A stretch of 64,000 nt of DNA from an uncultured delta proteobacterium (GTDB lineage: Bacteria; Desulfobacterota; Desulfomonilia; Desulfomonilales; Desulfomonilaceae). Positions within the stretch are counted from its first letter, which is position 1, and the number at the start of each line of letters is the position of its first letter. The notes under the pieces are model-generated. The model had not been told where the DNA came from. It saw nothing but the letters and a program-made list of their open reading frames with translations, and did not search any database. A program made the translations under genes and the position numbers. Below are positions 59,884 to 64,000 of this stretch, in pieces. The stretch spans positions 96,001 through 160,000 of the forward strand of contig CAWBKB010000003.1 of assembly GCA_963789265.1 (NCBI GenBank), in the 5' to 3' direction.

Positions 59884-61002
59884 TTGTCCTCCACCGTTTT
59901 CATGACTGATTTGTCTGCCGGCTGGAAGAAGAGCCTCACCGATAAGGTAGCTGATCTCTTCGACCAGACCAAGCCGGCCGAGATCTTTTGCCGCAAGGAC
60001 CTCGTGGCCGTGAAGCTCCACTTTGGAGAGGCAGGCAACACCGCCCACATTCGACCTCAATATGTCCGCAAGGTGGTCGATCGACTCAAGGAGCTTCACG
60101 CAAAACCGTTTGTGACCGACACGAACACCCTATACCTGGGATCGAGAACAGAGGCATGGTCACATCTTGTGACGGCTTTTGACCACGGCTTCACAAGAGA
60201 AGTAACTGGAGCGCCTGCGATTATCGCAGACGGGTTGCGCGGTAACAACTCTGTAAGGGTACCCGTTAAAGGACGTCACGTCAAGGACGCCCACATAGCC
60301 GCAGACATTCATTATGCCGATGGAGTAGTTGTTTTGACCCACTTCAAGGGACATGAACTCTCAGGATTTGGCGGAGCCTTGAAGAATCTGGGAATGGGGT
60401 GCGCTTCACGCGAGGGGAAGTTGGAGCAGCACTCAAACATTTCTCCCAAAGTAAATAAGAAAAAGTGCATCGGCTGCGGCGAATGCGTAGTCTGGTGTAA
60501 AGGCCGTGCCATAACGGTCGAAGGTGAGGGTAAGGCGCGGAAAGCCCAAATCAATCCCGAGAACTGTGTGGGTTGTGCCGAGTGTATACTCACGTGCAAT
60601 CAACAAGCAATTCAAGTGCAGTGGAATGAGTCTATTCCCGTCTTCATGGAGAAGATGGTGGAGTATTCTTCTGCCGTGCTCAGTCAAAAGCAGAATAAGG
60701 CCGTGTTCATGACATTTGTCACCGATGTTTCACCGCTTTGCGACTGCACTCCGTTTTCCGATCGGCCGATAGTCCCGGGCCTCGGTATATTGTCTTCCTC
60801 CGACCCGGTGGCCATTGACCAGGCTGCCGCCGATCTGGTCAATGGGGCGCCCGGCAATCCCGTTTCCTCTCTCAACAAGGCCCTGGCACCGGGGGACGAC
60901 AAATTCCGTGCGCTCTTTCCCCGGATTGACTGGGAACATCAGCTTCATTACGCCGAAAAGATCGGTTTGGGAACGCGCGATTACACACTGGTCAATCTGT
61001 AA
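59884..61002 (+). CDS. DUF362-domain protein with 2x[4Fe-4S] ferredoxin insert
   Basis: AVKLHFGE, THFKGH, GGALKNLGMGC, CIGCGEC / CVGCAEC, DPVAIDQA. Confidence 0.9.
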   Translation: MSSTVFMTDLSAGWKKSLTDKVADLFDQTKPAEIFCRKDLVAVKLHFGEAGNTAHIRPQYVRKVVDRLKELHAKPFVTDTNTLYLGSRTEAWSHLVTAFDHGFTREVTGAPAIIADGLRGNNSVRVPVKGRHVKDAHIAADIHYADGVVVLTHFKGHELSGFGGALKNLGMGCASREGKLEQHSNISPKVNKKKCIGCGECVVWCKGRAITVEGEGKARKAQINPENCVGCAECILTCNQQAIQVQWNESIPVFMEKMVEYSSAVLSQKQNKAVFMTFVTDVSPLCDCTPFSDRPIVPGLGILSSSDPVAIDQAAADLVNGAPGNPVSSLNKALAPGDDKFRALFPRIDWEHQLHYAEKIGLGTRDYTLVNL

Positions 61003-61104
61003 TGTGCAACGCGAGCCCGAAGGGCTCTCTCGCAACGAAGGGAGTCCGTTTAGGGTATTGTTCAGATTCTTTGGCCAGTTGCGCGTAAAATTTGAAGCAC
61101 TGCC

Positions 61105-61133
61105 TTGACAGAGGTTGCACGGTATTATAAAAT
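61105..61133 (+). promoter_or_regulatory. Sigma-70 promoter
   Basis: TTGACA-17 nt-TAAAAT. Confidence 0.7.
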
Positions 61134-61218
61134 ATTGCAGGATCAGGTTGAAATGCCTATTCCTGTTCTTCTTCCACATACCTCAGCTCTCCGTGTCGAG
61201 CTGCAAGGAGAATGAAAC

Positions 61219-62124
61219 ATGTTACGAACAGGACTGCTGACAATAGTAATGATTGTAACCCTGAGTGGCCTCTGTTTCGGACAGGGACTTCTGGACTCTA
61301 TTATGGGACCCGGCGGGTTGGGCCTGTGGAGTGGCGACACAACGTCGCAATACCAGAACCCTCAAGCGTGGAATGGAAACGCCCAGGGACAGATGCAACA
61401 ACCCCAACAGCAAGCTGCCCCCGGGCAGCAGCAGATGAGCTATCCGCAGCAAGGATATGGGTACCCGCAAGCTCAAGGCTATGGCTATCAGCAGCAGGGA
61501 GTTTACCCCGACTGGCAAAACTATCCGGCTGCTCCCACCGGCAACGGTGCGCAACAGTATTATCCTCCCCAGCAGCCTACTGCTCCCCAGCAACCTACTG
61601 CTCCTCAGCAGTATGGCGCTCAGCAACAGTACCAGACTCAACCTCGATTCCCGCCTCAACAGCAATATTCCCGTGGACAGCGGTATAACGCTCCGCAGGC
61701 TCGGAATGTTCCTGCAAGGCCTACACAGGCAGCCACCGCTCGACCTTCTTTCAGGCCGGGAGAGTATGCACCAGGGGGTCAGCCGTCACTCACAGGCGAT
61801 GATCTTCCTGCCGGCGCCGTAAGGATGACTACTACTACTCCTGAGGGAACAAGGGTAGATTACTATCCGCCCCCCGGCGAACCCAATCCCGCTCAGGGTG
61901 CAGTCCGACGCCCGGTTCGGCACCTCAAACCCAAACCTGCCAGAGCGAGGGCCCAAAGCGCCCAGCGCTCCCAGCCCCGCGAGCGGACCTCTGGTGTAGC
62001 CATGTCTCAGCCAGGGTCCTCCATAGCTATGCCGAAACCCGTAACGATCCCGCAGGGTCAGGATCCCCGTTACGGCTGGAGTGCAGCAGTTAACCGAGGG
62101 CCGGTTGCCACGCCCACGAGGTGA
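61219..62124 (+). CDS. Exported Gln/Pro/Tyr/Gly-rich low-complexity protein
   Basis: AAGGAG RBS, signal peptide, QGYGY and QQPTAP repeats. Confidence 0.75.
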   Translation: MLRTGLLTIVMIVTLSGLCFGQGLLDSIMGPGGLGLWSGDTTSQYQNPQAWNGNAQGQMQQPQQQAAPGQQQMSYPQQGYGYPQAQGYGYQQQGVYPDWQNYPAAPTGNGAQQYYPPQQPTAPQQPTAPQQYGAQQQYQTQPRFPPQQQYSRGQRYNAPQARNVPARPTQAATARPSFRPGEYAPGGQPSLTGDDLPAGAVRMTTTTPEGTRVDYYPPPGEPNPAQGAVRRPVRHLKPKPARARAQSAQRSQPRERTSGVAMSQPGSSIAMPKPVTIPQGQDPRYGWSAAVNRGPVATPTR

Positions 62125-62407
62125 TCCGGCACAATAGAACTGGTCCGGATAAACCGCGCCTTGCCCACAAGTTTGCTTGATAAGGGATAATTGTGCCCTT
62201 AACAAGATCGGGCCGAACTGAAATTCGCTAAAGACATCCCGTTGATCGCCCGTCAAACGAGGAGCATGCCGATTGCGCGTTTCGGCAACACCTCTCGCCC
62301 GGTCCAACCCTCATTGGGCCTGAGCCCTTGACGACATGAGTACCCTGCGATACTTTCAGAGTAGTTCCCATCGGAATGAGTCTCACATTTCACAAGTAGA
62401 GGCCGTG

Positions 62408-63833
62408 ATGTTTGATTCCCCCTCCAAGAAAGAAGCTTGCGGGATCTTCGGAATATATGGAGCCGATGATCCGGCCCGCCTCATTTACCTGGGCTTGTAC
62501 GCTCTTCAGCATCGAGGACAGGAGTCCGCAGGAATTGTGGTCAGTGATGGGACCACCATCAAGTCACATAAAGGAATGGGTTCGGTTCCGGATGTATTCA
62601 AGGAAGGGATGCTCCAGGACCTTCAAGGAAAAATGGGGATCGGGCATGTCCGGTATTCCACAACAGGCAGCTCGATGCTGCGCAATGCACAGCCGTTCCT
62701 CGTCGAGCAGATCGACCGCATCTTCGCTCTGGGTCACAACGGCAACATTGTCAATGTGGCCAAACTCCGCCGAAAGCTAGAGGCTCAGGGAGCTATTTTT
62801 CAAACTTCTACGGACTCGGAACTGATCGCTCACCTCGTGCTACACAAGAAAAGGGGCGCTCGAGGAGCGCCTGGTTAAAGTTTTTGATGAGCTGAAAGGG
62901 GCCTGGTCAGTAGTGTTTCTCACTCCCGAAGGAGTGCTGGCCGCTCGAGACCCTTATGGATTTCGTCCATTGTGCATCGGACGCAAAGGCGATGCAATAA
63001 TCTTCACGTCCGAAACTTGCGCTCTGGATATTATCGACGCCGAATACGTTCGGGACGTCCAGCCCGGGGAGATTGTCATAGCGGATCAGAATGGCCTGCG
63101 GTCCGTTCAAGGCCCTAAGAAATCTCACTCGGCCATGTGTGTATTCGAATATATATATTTTGCACGCCCTGATTCGATGATTTTTGAGCATGGAGTGTAT
63201 AAAGTCCGCAAACAACTCGGTTTGCAGGCTGCTCTGGAAAGTCCGGTCGATGGAGCGGATCTGGTGGTTCCCATGCCTGCTTCAGGGAATTATGCCGCGC
63301 TCGGGTATTCTCAGGGTAGCGGGCTCCCCTACGAATACGGCGTAATACGTAATCATTACGTGGGGCGCACCTTCATACAACCATCTCCCTCCGTCAGAAA
63401 TCTTGGGGTAAGGCTCAAGCTCAATCCTGTGCGCGAGATACTGCAAGATAAAAAGGTCGTGGTGGTGGACGACTCCATCGTCAGAGGAACGACCAGCAAA
63501 TTGAGAACCAGGGCTCTTAGGGAGGCAGGAGCTCGTGAAATACACATGAGGATTAGCTGCCCGCCCATCCGCTTCCCATGCTTTTACGGAATAGATTTTT
63601 CAAGTAAGGGTGAATTGATAGCTTGTTCTAACACAGTCGAACAGATATGCGACTTCATTGGCGCAGATTCGCTGGCTTATCTGAGCCTGGAAGGAATGTT
63701 CCGGGCGATGCCCTTCCCCGAAAAACATTTCTGCAGTGCTTGTTTCACCGGAAAGTATCCCATCAGAGTTGATGACGACTCGACCAAGAACTGCCTTGAG
63801 TGCCGGCCGATCGAAACCATCCGGTGGCCGTAA
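62408..63833 (+). CDS. purF: Amidophosphoribosyltransferase, one frameshift near 62850
   Basis: EA|CGIFG, LQHRGQE, GHVRYST, FEYIYFARPDS, VDDSIVRGTT; halves join by removing one base from AAGAAAAGGGG. Confidence 0.95.
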
Positions 63834-64000
63834 ACTGCCCTGATCGCAAATTGACAGCGGGTCCGTCAGGGAGGTATGCTCAAAACACCGTGAGAATATT
63901 CCGGGGAAGCGGAATTTTAAGCATGTCAAGGTTGGCCCTGTTTCTGAGCGTGGTGGTTTCTATTTCTATCGAGTGCCGGGGCGCCCGCGCAATTCTGGTC

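Overview
A 64-kb chromosomal window from a Gram-negative anaerobe. Gene content and order suggest Deltaproteobacteria/Desulfobacterota, possibly Desulfomonile-like (inference only). In order it holds: a type IV minor-pilin cluster (fimU/pilV/pilW/pilX-like); a REP-associated tyrosine transposase (RAYT) with its REP arrays; nitroreductase and TPR genes; a MITE inserted into a palindromic repeat; a multiheme cytochrome c/cytochrome b fusion; tkt and yyaL; a sulfur-respiration operon (PsrA/PhsA-B-C, two YeeE/YedE, a small periplasmic protein ending in Cys, Rieske protein, cytochrome b6-like subunit); thiL; an MglA/MglB module with a DUF4388-repeat protein, PilZ protein and FHA-GAF adenylate cyclase; a candidate structured RNA; a PAS kinase; the lysS-lolE-lolD-bamA-skp-lpxD-lpxA-lpxI-msbA-lpxK envelope cluster; pilB-pilT-pilC; and purF. 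About ten single-base frameshifts, some in essential genes, look like long-read assembly errors. Best candidates for undescribed biology: (1) the Psr/YeeE/Cys-arm/Rieske-b6 operon, (2) the MglAB-DUF4388-cyclase module and the divergent RNA next to it, (3) nested REP/MITE elements. No rRNA, tRNA or CRISPR array was recognised. All calls are by eye; no searches were run.
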